Assembly: GCA_963767735.1 (NCBI GenBank)
Contig: CAVYES010000004.1
Location: 352,001 to 416,000, forward strand
Direction: 5' to 3'
Length of the DNA: 64,000 bases
Source of the DNA: Candidatus Bathyarchaeota archaeon
Lineage (GTDB): Archaea; Thermoproteota; Bathyarchaeia; Bathyarchaeales; Bathycorpusculaceae
The notes beneath the pieces were generated by a model, which was not told the origin of the DNA, made no database searches, and was given only the letters and a program-made list of their open reading frames with translations. Position numbers and translations under genes: made by a program. Shown here one piece after another: positions 41,038 through 50,810 of the stretch. Within the stretch, counting starts at the first letter, position 1. Each line of letters begins with the position of its first letter.

Positions 41038-42501
41038 ATTAGAATCCTTTTAATTGAAGACAATGCCGGCGACGCCAGGCTCATCCACGAGATGTTGGCT
41101 GAAGAAAAATTTGATGTACACGATATTGAGCGCGTTGACAGGCTTTCAAGAGGATTAGACCGTTTGGCAGCAGGTGGCATAGATGCAATTCTGCTTGACC
41201 TTGGATTGCCTGACAGTCAGGGTCTAAGTACCTTTGAAAAGATGTATGCAGCGAGTAAACAAGTACCTATTTTGATATTAACTGCATTCAAGGATGATGC
41301 ATTAGCTTTAGAAGCAGTCCGAAGAGGCGCACAAGATTATCTCATCAAAGGAAAAATTGACGCCGCTTTGCTAATTAGAGCTATAACCTACGCTATTGAA
41401 CGCGAAAAACTAGATGAAGCCTTAAAAAGGCAGGCAGAACTCATTGATCTCAGTCCCGACGCTATCATTATAAAAAAACCAGATGACACTATTACCTTCT
41501 GGAGCTCGGGCGCAGAAAAATTATACGGGTGGAGCAAGGCTCAAGCTATCGGACAAAAGGCCAATACGCTTTTTAATCCAAAGTTTTCAATGCCGTTTGA
41601 CGACATAAATCGTCAGCTAAAGCAAGAAGGCAAATGGTCAGGGGAATTTACTCATCAAACTAAACTTGGGCGCGCAGTAGCAGTTCAAAGTTACTGGTTA
41701 GCCAAATTTAATGAACAGGGAGAAATAGCGGAAATATTCGAGTCAAACGTGGATATCACCGAACGCAAAGATGCTGAACGTTTGGCCGCTATTGGTGCTA
41801 CAGCTGGCATGGTTGGGCATGATATACGCAATCCATTGCAAGCTATAGTTGGCGAAATATTTCTGTCAAAAAAAGAAATAGACGATTTGCCTGAAAGTGA
41901 AGCCAAGAAGTACCTTAAAGATAGCATCCAATCTATTGAAGATAACATATTTTATATTGACAAGATCGTTCGTGATCTACAAGATTACGCTAAACCCTTA
42001 ATGTCTTCTATTGAAGAAACCGATTTCACAAAGCTTGTTGAAGACGTTTTCTCCGGCTTAAAAGTTCCTGAAAACATAAATGTTGTTTATTCCATTGAGC
42101 CTTGTTTTACAAAACTTATGACTGACTCTTCAGCTATGAAGAGGATTCTAACAAACCTAAGCTCAAACGCAATTCAAGCCATGCCTAAAGGCGGAAAATT
42201 AACCTTGGATGCTGCCTACAAAGATGACAAGATATTCATAAGCATCCAGGATACAGGCTTGGGTATACCCGATGAAACTAAAGATAAACTTTTCAAGCCC
42301 TTATTTACAACTAAATCTAAAGGGCAAGGTTTCGGTTTAGCAGTAGTCAAAAAGCTAACTGAAGCATTAAATGGTAAGGTAAGCGTTGAAAGTGAGGTTG
42401 GAAAAGGCTCCCGCTTCACCGTTGAATTTCCTCTCCAAAAAATAACCACTCCTATTAGCCGTGTCCGCCTCAAGAATGCTGAGGTTCACCACCCCGCATA
42501 A
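41038..42501 (+). CDS. Hybrid receiver-PAS-histidine kinase (possible ATT start at 41038; first ATG 41092)
   Basis: Receiver strand 1 IRILLIEDN lies upstream of the ATG. LLDLGLPD, PAS, GHDIRNPL, NAIQA, DTGLG, GFGL. Confidence 0.9.
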   Translation: MRILLIEDNAGDARLIHEMLAEEKFDVHDIERVDRLSRGLDRLAAGGIDAILLDLGLPDSQGLSTFEKMYAASKQVPILILTAFKDDALALEAVRRGAQDYLIKGKIDAALLIRAITYAIEREKLDEALKRQAELIDLSPDAIIIKKPDDTITFWSSGAEKLYGWSKAQAIGQKANTLFNPKFSMPFDDINRQLKQEGKWSGEFTHQTKLGRAVAVQSYWLAKFNEQGEIAEIFESNVDITERKDAERLAAIGATAGMVGHDIRNPLQAIVGEIFLSKKEIDDLPESEAKKYLKDSIQSIEDNIFYIDKIVRDLQDYAKPLMSSIEETDFTKLVEDVFSGLKVPENINVVYSIEPCFTKLMTDSSAMKRILTNLSSNAIQAMPKGGKLTLDAAYKDDKIFISIQDTGLGIPDETKDKLFKPLFTTKSKGQGFGLAVVKKLTEALNGKVSVESEVGKGSRFTVEFPLQKITTPISRVRLKNAEVHHPA

Positions 42502-42609
42502 GGCACTCTGACAGTAATCCGTCTTGCGATGGAAAATATTTGTTGTTACCTGTTTGAGACAACACATTTTCATATAGTTTAATCGCACTAGAAACAAGTA
42601 GTTGATTTA

Positions 42610-42756
42610 ATGATTTCGAGCTGCAATGTTAACTGTCCAAGATGCGGAAAAGAGCTTGCTAAACCTGATAAGAAACTCGAGAATTCTGTTTTTTGCGTTG
42701 CGCTTTACACATGTGATATGTGTGGCGCGAAATTCAAGTATGCTAAGTCATTTTAG
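42610..42756 (+). CDS. CPxCG-type zinc-ribbon microprotein (48 aa)
   Basis: MISSCNVNCPRCGKELAKPDKKLENSVFCVALYTCDMCGAKFKYAKSF; paralog at 43261-43389. Confidence 0.7.
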   Translation: MISSCNVNCPRCGKELAKPDKKLENSVFCVALYTCDMCGAKFKYAKSF

Positions 42757-43260
42757 CTATTTGCGTAGCAGATGACGGATTCATTTTTCTTTTTTGTTGT
42801 CAAACTCGTTCTCGACTCCACTTCTTAATAATTTTTTTGTCTTAAATTATAGGTTAGTGTGTTTTTTAGTGAGTATTTGATTAATTAGTTTAATCTTTGC
42901 TCCATACTAACCCTTCCCCCCCGCACTTCTTAAAGTAAGAAACTTACCACTTTTAGACCTTGAAAGTTGGTCTTAGACCTTATTGCTTAACTCTTTTCTC
43001 TATTTTGTCTAAGATTTTTTTGTACTTTGACTTAGGGATTCTAATGCGAATTTAAGCCCGTATTCAAAAACTGATTTCTCTGAATAGCCTTCTTCTTTTA
43101 ATTTTTTAAGTTTGTCTATTGTTTCTGAATCTACGTCTGCACGAAAAGTCTTTTCTTCCAATCCACTCACCTTTATGATAACAAACATATCAAAGCTTTT
43201 CAGATTTAAGACTTCTCCACTCTAAATAGCGAAGTTACTAACCCTTGAAAAATATTGTTG

Positions 43261-43389
43261 TTACCTTACCATCTTGAATTTACCCTTACATTTATCACAA
43301 GTGTAGGCTTCGATTACGATATTACTATTCTGTAATAAAACTTGGGGTTTTGAGGAAACTTTCTTATGGCAATGAAGGCATTCAGTCAC
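43261..43389 (-). CDS. Zinc-ribbon microprotein (42 aa), paralog of 42610-42756
   Basis: MTECLHCHKKVSSKPQVLLQNSNIVIEAYTCDKCKGKFKMVR (GTG start). Confidence 0.7.
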   Translation of the reverse strand: MTECLHCHKKVSSKPQVLLQNSNIVIEAYTCDKCKGKFKMVR

Positions 43390-43533
43390 TTTGATTACTT
43401 CTTACTGTAAGGTACGGTACTGAACAGAATATTACCTTATGGTGTCTCTTTCTGCTACAACATTTTAATAATCAAAAAGGTACCGAACAAACGTTTTTAT
43501 CATTCTTTTTCTTCTAATTTATTTGGTGTTTTT

Positions 43534-43783
43534 CTGAATCGAAATGAAGCGGTCCAAGTTCTTAAGGACATTTTTGAAATGTCCACGCTGTTTCATTTTC
43601 AATACGTTTCTTTGATAAGTCCTAACTCTGAAAATTTGCTATCACATGGTTATCAAGTTCTCTTTAAAGTAGACTTTGACAAAGAAAATGAAATGAGTAT
43701 TCTGTACGATGTTGCTGATAAGTAAGTTAGCTATGGAAATAGCTAAAGAAGGTTTAATTACCATTTATCGACCTATGCAGTAA
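43534..43783 (+). pseudogene. Small hypothetical protein, CTG start, frameshift near the 3' end
   Basis: (L)NRNEAVQVLKDIFE...GYQV...ADK* continues in a shifted frame as KLAMEIAKEGLITIYRPMQ*. Confidence 0.4.
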
Positions 43784-44070
43784 AAGAAGAAAGAATTAAC
43801 GAAGCCCTCTCGTTAGGCGGGTTTGGCTGCAGCATAAGCAAGGCGTTTAATGCTGTTTTTGTGTCTTGCCAATGTTCAGCACTTGGCTAAATTCGCTTAA
43901 TCATCTTTTTTGCCCTATCGAAACTGCCAATTTGATTAAAATCTATTAATTTTCCTTCTTTAGCTCAAAACCTTGTTATTGTTGATGCACAGTCACATCA
44001 TTATTTATTATTCTAGGCGCATTATCTTTATAAGCACGCAGAAAGGAGTAACCTAAAAGCGTGAATCAAT

Positions 44071-44140
44071 GGTTAACTTAGACGCAGGCGAATGATTCCC
44101 TCTCTCTTCCTGAAATTTTTTGTTTGCGTCTAAGTTAACC
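44071..44140 (+). ncRNA. Candidate structured RNA hairpin with C/D-box-like loop
   Basis: 16-bp perfect stem GGTTAACTTAGACGCA/TGCGTCTAAGTTAACC, extended by G-U pairs. The loop has ATGAT...CTGA. TTTATAA lies about 40 nt upstream. Confidence 0.4.
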
Positions 44141-44433
44141 TACTTCGTTTAAGCCCATAACTATTTCATGTTTCCATCACATAAAAACCTAGTGTATTTG
44201 CCTCGCTTCCTTTTTATCTATTGCACTCGAGCATTCAAGCTGTGGCTTGTTAGCCTGTTTGGGTTATACAGTAGCTCTATTCAAATATTGGGCACAAAAG
44301 TTGGTTCGGCATTTACGACTGGCGCTTAAAGATGATGACAGAATGGGAAAATACGGTTTTTTCAATTTAAGTCAAAGAAACTGTTTATTAAGTTAAAGTC
44401 GTGACAATAGTTAGTTTATTGGGGCTCAGAAAC

Positions 44434-45753
44434 ATGAAATCAATCATCATCCAGTTTCCGTACGGCGTAGCAGCTTTCGACGACAAAAACAGTTTAGTAG
44501 AGAAGGTTCTGTTTCCAAAAAAACCTCAGGCAGCAGCAAGAAGCCTGCTTAAAACTGAAGCCGGAAAAATGTCAGACGAAATATTCTCATTAATTTCCCT
44601 TCTAAAAAATGCAGGTTACGACATTTTTATTTTTGAAAACGCCAACTTGGCAGAGGAAATTCAACGCAAAATGAACGTCACCGTGGAAGTGGCGAAACCT
44701 GCCGAAGCTGAAGTTCTCCGCTCACGTATGAATGAAGTTGCAGTTGAATCAGGCTTTGTAAAAAATGAGCAAGATCTAAGCCTTTGGAACCGCAACGTTA
44801 GCTTGGAACTTGCCAAGTTAAGAATTAAAGGTGCCTCAGAAAAAAGAGACTTAATTGTTGCTCAGGGCATTCAGACGCTGGATGATTTGGATCGGACAGT
44901 TAACCTATTCGTGGGCAGGCTCAGAGAATGGTACGGCGTCTATTTCCCAGAACTTGACCGTTTAATCGAAAAACATGAAACTTACTCTCGTTTAGTCATG
45001 AACTTAGGCGACAGAGAAAGCTACACAACCGAAGCTTTAGAGAAGGAAAATATTCCTAAAGAACGAGCGGCATTAGTTGCAAAAGCTGCGGAATCATCTA
45101 TGGGTGCAGACATCGCTGAACGCGATTTACAGCAGATACAAGAATTGGCAAAGAATGTGCTTAGTTTCTATGAACTTCGCAAGAACATGGATAACTATGT
45201 TGACAGAACCATGGAGGAAATGGCGCCCAACGTACGCGCAGTTGCAGGTGCACTCCTAGGCGCACGCTTAATAGCCCTCGCTGGCAGCCTACAAACCTTA
45301 GCTATGAGACCAGCAAGCACCATTCAAGTTTTAGGCGCAGAAAAAGCCTTGTTCCGCTCATTGAAAACCGGCGCGAGACCGCCAAAACACGGCTTAATCT
45401 TCCAGCACACACTGTTGCACGATGCTAAGAGGTGGCAGAGAGGAAAAATTGCAAGGGTCATTGCTGGAAAACTAGCCATCGCCGCACGAGCAGACGCTTT
45501 CGGAGGCCATTTCATCGGAGATAAACTCAAAGCGGACATAAACAAGCGTCTAGAAGAAATACATGAAAAGTACAAAGAGCCGCCGCCACCAAAAGAACCA
45601 AAACCGAGACCTGAAGGACGCGAAGGACAGTTTAGAGAACGCAGAGAAGGTGGAGAAGGCCAATTTAGACCTCGCGAAGGCGGAGGGCGACCGTTTAGGC
45701 AAAACCGTAGCGGACCCCGTAGAGATAGGCAGCGGAGAAGAGAACGTCGTTGA
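44434..45753 (+). CDS. nop5: C/D box sRNP core protein Nop5 (Nop56/58)
   Basis: RLREWYG.YFPEL, PASTIQVLGAEKALFR, PPKHGLIFQH, RGKIAR...AARAD. Confidence 0.97.
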   Translation: MKSIIIQFPYGVAAFDDKNSLVEKVLFPKKPQAAARSLLKTEAGKMSDEIFSLISLLKNAGYDIFIFENANLAEEIQRKMNVTVEVAKPAEAEVLRSRMNEVAVESGFVKNEQDLSLWNRNVSLELAKLRIKGASEKRDLIVAQGIQTLDDLDRTVNLFVGRLREWYGVYFPELDRLIEKHETYSRLVMNLGDRESYTTEALEKENIPKERAALVAKAAESSMGADIAERDLQQIQELAKNVLSFYELRKNMDNYVDRTMEEMAPNVRAVAGALLGARLIALAGSLQTLAMRPASTIQVLGAEKALFRSLKTGARPPKHGLIFQHTLLHDAKRWQRGKIARVIAGKLAIAARADAFGGHFIGDKLKADINKRLEEIHEKYKEPPPPKEPKPRPEGREGQFRERREGGEGQFRPREGGGRPFRQNRSGPRRDRQRRRERR

Positions 45754-46448
45754 CCGTCAGGGTTAAACCACACCCAAAATTCAAGGAAATCTATGAAGTA
45801 ACACTTGAAGACGGGGCAAAACGGTTAGCCACCAAAAACTTAACTCCTGGCTTAAACGTTTACGGCGAACGTCTTATCAAACTCAAAGGTGTTGAATATC
45901 GGGTTTGGGACGCTTTCAGAAGCAAGTTGGCAGCAGCCATTCTTAAAGGCGTGCAAAATGTGCCAATAGAACCGGGCTCCAAAGTGCTTTATTTGGGCGC
46001 TGCTTCCGGAACCACACCCAGCCATGTTTCAGACATCATCGGGGAAAGCGGCTATGTTTACTGCGTAGAATTTGCTCAGCGGTCAATCCGCGATTTAGTT
46101 AACAATGTAGCTGCTTATCGACCTAATATTTCGCCGCTGCTGGAGGACGCTCGGATGCCTGAAAGATATGCGATGTTCATCTCTGGCAAAGTAGACACGA
46201 TATACTGTGATGTGGCTCAGCCAGAGCAAGCGAAACTGCTTGCTGACAACGCCGATGTCTTTCTGAAACCCTCCGGCTGGGTCATGATTGCCGTGAAGGC
46301 GCAAAGCATCGATGTGACAATGGATCCAGAAGCAGTGTATCGGCAAGAAGCCAATATTTTGCGGAAAAGAGGCTTTGACGTAAAAGAAGTTTTGAATTTA
46401 GAACCCTTCGACAAAGCACACGCCATGATAGTTGCCCAACGAACCTGA
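45750..46448 (+). CDS. flpA: Fibrillarin-like rRNA/tRNA 2'-O-methyltransferase
   Basis: YRVWDAFRSKLAA, VLYLGAASGTT, DVAQPEQ; coupled to nop5. Confidence 0.97.
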   Translation: MTVRVKPHPKFKEIYEVTLEDGAKRLATKNLTPGLNVYGERLIKLKGVEYRVWDAFRSKLAAAILKGVQNVPIEPGSKVLYLGAASGTTPSHVSDIIGESGYVYCVEFAQRSIRDLVNNVAAYRPNISPLLEDARMPERYAMFISGKVDTIYCDVAQPEQAKLLADNADVFLKPSGWVMIAVKAQSIDVTMDPEAVYRQEANILRKRGFDVKEVLNLEPFDKAHAMIVAQRT

Positions 46449-46645
46449 TTTACAAGCGCCACGCCTTCTTTTAGCTAACAAAGCAAATAGTATACCCAGT
46501 CCCCATCAATTTTGCTGGAGAAATTCAGTTGCTAAATTGATACCCCGTCCCGCCTTTCTTTCTGCAATTCTGCTCCGTTTTCTTTGTAAAGTAGCTTTTG
46601 GAAAACTATTATAGCTTAGTTTACTAACGCAATGATAGTTTAAGG

Positions 46646-47320
46646 TTGAAAAAACGAATGTTGGTTGCTGGTGTTGACGAAGCTGGGCGTGGATGCGTTA
46701 TCGGTCCTTTAGTTGTTGCTGGAGTCATGTTGAGAACTGAGAGTTTGCCCCTTTTAACCGAATTAGGAGTGAAAGATTCAAAGCTCCTAACAGCCAAGAA
46801 GCGTGAGGCACTGTACCCTGAAATCATACGCTTAACCGAAAAATACCAAACGATAAAGGTGCTTCCATACCAAATTGACAAAGCAGTTGAAAGCGCCAGA
46901 AAACTGCATAAACTAAACAGGCTTGAAGCTCAGACGATGGCACAGGTAATTGAAGCCTTAAAACCCGATGAAGTCTACGTTGACGCGGCAGACACCGTTG
47001 AGCATCGTTTTGGAAACCACATAAAAGAATGCTTAAAAATCAAAACCAGACTTATCTCAAAACATAAAGCAGACAAGATTTTCCCGGTTGTTTCAGCCGC
47101 ATCAATCATAGCTAAAGTTGAGCGTGACAGAGAAATCGCCAATTTAAGACTTGAATACGGCGACTTCGGCAGCGGATACTTAACTGACGGGAAAACCATG
47201 GATTTCCTGAGGCAGCTGCTAGAAAAAAACCGTGATTATCCAAGCTTTGTTAGAAAATCATGGAAACCTGCGAAAAGAGCAAAAAGCGAGAAAGGCTCGC
47301 AGCAACAGATGCTTGCTTAA
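46646..47320 (+). CDS. rnhB: Ribonuclease HII
   Basis: GVDEAGRG, KDSK, VSAASIIAKV, GSGY. Confidence 0.96.
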   Translation: MKKRMLVAGVDEAGRGCVIGPLVVAGVMLRTESLPLLTELGVKDSKLLTAKKREALYPEIIRLTEKYQTIKVLPYQIDKAVESARKLHKLNRLEAQTMAQVIEALKPDEVYVDAADTVEHRFGNHIKECLKIKTRLISKHKADKIFPVVSAASIIAKVERDREIANLRLEYGDFGSGYLTDGKTMDFLRQLLEKNRDYPSFVRKSWKPAKRAKSEKGSQQQMLA

Positions 47321-47453
47321 CCGTGTTTTACGGCAAAATGTTTTGTTTGTAGTCAAATGTTTCAGCAAAAAGTCTACAATTAAGCACTAATTATATTAAT
47401 AGGTGACTACACCTTTTATTTAAGAATCGGGTTTTAAAACGGCGGTTGCTTGA

Positions 47454-49145
47454 ATGAGCGAAAAGGATGTAACCAAGTTTCTCCAGATGCTTGGGCTTTC
47501 AAAAAGAGAAATTCAAGTCTATATGTTTCTTGCCAAAAGCGGTGTCCAATCAACAAGCTTTGTGGCTAAAAGACTTAAAATGGAGCGTGTTCAAGCCTAT
47601 CGTACATTCAAGAAGCTGCAGGAGAAAGGCTTCATTGAAGCCACACTGGAAAGGCCCACCCGTTTCACCATTGTTGCTTTTGAAGCTCTAGTTGACCAAT
47701 TCATTAGTGCCAAAAAGAACGAGATTACCAACTTAACTGACCAGAAACAGCCTCTTCTAACCGCGTGGCAATCAATAAGCGCTCCCGAATCAGAATATCC
47801 CGTGGCTAAATTCTCAATTATAACGGGCAAGAAAAAGATTCATGCTAAAATGCTATCCATGATTGAAGAGTCAAATACTGAAGTCATAGTTTTAACAACT
47901 GCTTTAGGTTTCATTCAGGAAGATATCGCAGGCGTTTTTGATACAGCTTTTGTTTCTTCCCAAGAGAGAAATATCCCGCTTCAAGTAATAACCGAGATTT
48001 CCCCAGAAAACCTCAAGGTTGTAGAGAGGGTAGATAGGAATATTTCGGAAGAAAATTTAAACATTAAACTTCGCCATGTTAACATGAGCTCAAAATTTTT
48101 CCCGCGCTTCTTGATTAAAGATGAAGAAGAAGCCATGTTGTATGCGCCTTTTGGAAATGAAGCCTCCGTGCTTAATTTGGAAGATGAAGGCTTATGGATC
48201 AATGACAAAATGTTCATTTCGGTTCTGAAAGCTTTTTTCGTCCAAATGTGGCAAAGTGGGGTTGAAGCTTCAAGACGAATAGATGAACTCAAGACCGGAA
48301 TACCGCTGGGCGAAACACTTGTCATAAAAGACCCTGAAGAAGCCTGGGCCAAAGTAACTAAGGTTCTTGAGTCAGCGAAAAAAGACATTGTAATAATCAC
48401 AACATCACAAAGCATTAACCGCCTATCTGAAAATGACCCCTTAATAAATTGCTTCAAAAAAGGCCTGAAAGTTCAATTAATGGCGTCCATAGACTTAGAC
48501 AATCTTGAGCCAGCGCAGCGACTTTCAACTCACTATGAAATCAAGCATGTGCCCATAAGCTACATGACGATGATGCTGGTTGATGACAAGCACCTGTTCA
48601 TGTTTAAGATTCCTCCGCTGAACGATGTAGGAACTGAATCTGCCTTTTACTTAGTAGACACCTTCTACTCCAGCGACCCCAGCCAAATAGAGCGAGTAAG
48701 CGAGATGCTTAGTGATATTTGGAAGCGGGGAATAGATATCTCGGAGGTCAGTAGTCAAGCAGGAACTAAACTTCCCGCCGTTGAGGTCTCAACAACTGAC
48801 TCAGTTGCTAAACTTGTCGATAAAATGTTACAGAATAACGTCACTTCACTATTAATCAATGAGGATCAAACGCCCGTTGGGGTGATAAACGACAGAGAAC
48901 TTTTGAAGGAAATAGTTGAAGAACACAAGGACCCTAAGAAAACTTTGGCAAAAGACCTCAACTATACACCTCTCATAATTCTCCAAGGAGACGAATCCAT
49001 GATTACCGCCATGAAGCTTATGGAGGAAAAGAACCTGAAGCGAGCTGCTATGGTTAAAAACGGGCAACTTATGGGCATGTTAATGGAAAATGCTGCTAAT
49101 GCTGCTAAAAGGGCTGCCTTGCAAGTTAAAGCCCCTGTTTCATAG
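47454..49145 (+). CDS. TrmB-family regulator with two PLD-like effector domains and a C-terminal CBS pair
   Basis: N-terminal LGLSKREIQVY...LQEKGFI...RPTRF; duplicated xxD.ee motifs (LIKDEEE, LVDDKH); CBS-like VGVINDRELL. Confidence 0.85.
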   Translation: MSEKDVTKFLQMLGLSKREIQVYMFLAKSGVQSTSFVAKRLKMERVQAYRTFKKLQEKGFIEATLERPTRFTIVAFEALVDQFISAKKNEITNLTDQKQPLLTAWQSISAPESEYPVAKFSIITGKKKIHAKMLSMIEESNTEVIVLTTALGFIQEDIAGVFDTAFVSSQERNIPLQVITEISPENLKVVERVDRNISEENLNIKLRHVNMSSKFFPRFLIKDEEEAMLYAPFGNEASVLNLEDEGLWINDKMFISVLKAFFVQMWQSGVEASRRIDELKTGIPLGETLVIKDPEEAWAKVTKVLESAKKDIVIITTSQSINRLSENDPLINCFKKGLKVQLMASIDLDNLEPAQRLSTHYEIKHVPISYMTMMLVDDKHLFMFKIPPLNDVGTESAFYLVDTFYSSDPSQIERVSEMLSDIWKRGIDISEVSSQAGTKLPAVEVSTTDSVAKLVDKMLQNNVTSLLINEDQTPVGVINDRELLKEIVEEHKDPKKTLAKDLNYTPLIILQGDESMITAMKLMEEKNLKRAAMVKNGQLMGMLMENAANAAKRAALQVKAPVS

Positions 49146-49223
49146 CATATTTAACTTAAAATTTCTTTATTTAATTTTTAGAAAGGCAAACGATATTAAT
49201 AAAATACTCTACCTTTTAAGTGA

Positions 49224-49913
<690 letters not shown>

Positions 49914-49926
49914 CTGTGTGAGTACA

Positions 49927-50808
49927 TTGAAAGTTGAAGCTGAATGTGAATCTTGCTTGCTAGCTAGAGGCGCAACGCAGACCTACCAAGCCACCACAAA
50001 CCCTGCCCTGCGGTTCAGATGCCTCGCTGAAATTGTTAAACTTTTAAATCGCGAATTCAAGCCTACGTCGGTTGCAGCTGATTTAGGCACTAAAAGAGAC
50101 CGTGTAATTAAACAGTTAACAGGCAACAGTGACCCGTACCTTCGAACTAAGAAGGCGGCTAACGAGAAAGCGTTGAAAATGTTGCCGCGTGCAAAAAAGC
50201 TGGTGGAAGAGGGCAATAATCAGCAGGAACGCTTCAAAAAAGCGTGCTTATGCGCTATTGTCGGGAATATTATGGAGTTTGATATTCCAGGCCACAAGTT
50301 CAGCTTGAACAATTTGTCGGGTTGTTTTAGGGAAGCAGCTAAAGACTTAGCAATAGATGATATTGACAGGGCATATGAGTTGGCAAAGAAGGCAGAGCGT
50401 GTTCTCTTCTTAGCGGATAACGCTGGAGAAATCGTTTTTGATATGCTGCTTGTTGAACAGTTAAAAAACATGGGGTTAAAGGTAACTTATGTCGTTAAAG
50501 GAGGACCCGTCATTAACGACGCCACTTTAGATGATGTTGCTGTTTCAGGCATGGATAAACTTGCCGACGAAATATTAACGTCGGGAACCGACGCGGTTGG
50601 CTTGCAGAAAAAAGAGGTTTCGCCTGAATTTTTGAAAGTTTACGATGCTGCAGAACTGGTTTTCGCCAAAGGCATGGGGTACGCTGAAACCCTCACTGAA
50701 TACAAGTTAACGAAGCCTCATCTGCTTTTGTTCAGAACAAAATGTGTTCCAGTGGCGAACTATTTCTGTGTTCCACGCGACAAAAACATTGCTAAGCTGA
50801 TGCCGTAA
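49927..50808 (+). CDS. DUF89 / ARMT1-like damage-control metal-dependent phosphatase
   Basis: CxxC N-terminus, DPY, GNIM, DNAGEIVFD, INDAT, AKGMG. Confidence 0.9.
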   Translation: MKVEAECESCLLARGATQTYQATTNPALRFRCLAEIVKLLNREFKPTSVAADLGTKRDRVIKQLTGNSDPYLRTKKAANEKALKMLPRAKKLVEEGNNQQERFKKACLCAIVGNIMEFDIPGHKFSLNNLSGCFREAAKDLAIDDIDRAYELAKKAERVLFLADNAGEIVFDMLLVEQLKNMGLKVTYVVKGGPVINDATLDDVAVSGMDKLADEILTSGTDAVGLQKKEVSPEFLKVYDAAELVFAKGMGYAETLTEYKLTKPHLLLFRTKCVPVANYFCVPRDKNIAKLMP

Positions 50809-50810
50809 AA

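Noticed and set aside
44332-44338. Box C word ATGATGA upstream of nop5
   Set aside because: No box D at a suitable distance and no flanking stem, so it is insufficient alone.
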